Shown piece by piece: positions 63,930-64,000 of a DNA stretch of 64,000 nucleotides. Source of the DNA: a virus. Under the pieces are notes generated by a model. It made no database searches, was not told the origin of the DNA, and saw only the letters and a list, made by a program, of their open reading frames with translations. Location: positions 1,549-65,548 of IMG/VR virus record IMGVR_UViG_3300012928_002096; one strand, written 5' to 3'. Within the stretch, counting starts at the first letter, position 1. The number at the start of each line of letters is the position of its first letter. The position numbers were made by a program, and so were the translations under genes.

Positions 63930-64000
63930 ATGGGTGCAAAAGCTAAAGCCAAAAGGCAAGCAAGCAACAATGTTGTAAAATTTAACAACTATCTTCCAAA
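63930..64000 (+). CDS. 5' end of a divergent gene (possibly PhoH-like), truncated by window edge
   Basis: AAGGAG RBS, MGAKAKAKRQASNNVVKFNNYLP...; product is a guess. Confidence 0.5.
   Translation, partial: MGAKAKAKRQASNNVVKFNNYLP

Noticed and set aside
1-64000. Stop-codon reassignment, as seen in some large phages
   Set aside because: Long ORFs tile the window under code 11, and TAG, TGA and TAA all terminate recognisable proteins at expected lengths
1-64000. tRNA genes, CRISPR array, transposase or integrase
   Set aside because: Intergenic gaps are mostly under 150 nt; no cloverleaf/T-loop context, no regularly spaced direct repeats and no recombinase motifs found by eye

Overview
AT-rich, gene-dense 64 kb segment of a large T4-related (jumbo-type) dsDNA phage, probably aquatic and possibly infecting an alphaproteobacterium (host is an inference). 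Standard genetic code. (1) 1-18.7 kb, + strand: one tightly coupled island of about 25 tailoring enzymes, including 6 radical-SAM proteins (one partial), a QueC-like PP-loop enzyme, 2 SDRs, a sulfotransferase-like protein, a nitroreductase, a DHODH-like flavoenzyme, a fatty-acid desaturase, a GNAT-like protein and about 9 2OG-Fe(II)/AspH/TauD oxygenases. It converges on an S8 protease and a tail-fibre-like gene. (2) 23-47 kb, - strand: early/replication region with MoxR ATPase + vWA-peptidase, Smr, RNase H, an MBD4-like glycosylase, a 7-deazaguanine DNA-modification locus (folE, queE, QueD-paralog of DpdL type, TGT/DpdA-like) interleaved with a glycosyltransferase and nucleotide-sugar enzymes, a probable sliding clamp, a zf-CHCC/DUF1674 fusion and family-B DNA polymerase. 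(3) 47-55 kb: probable internal head proteins with a shared N-terminal leader and Lys-rich modules. (4) 55-59 kb: clpA-def-dnaJ. (5) 59-62.5 kb: lysis cassette. No tRNA, CRISPR array or mobile element was seen. All family calls are from motif recognition by eye, with no database searches.
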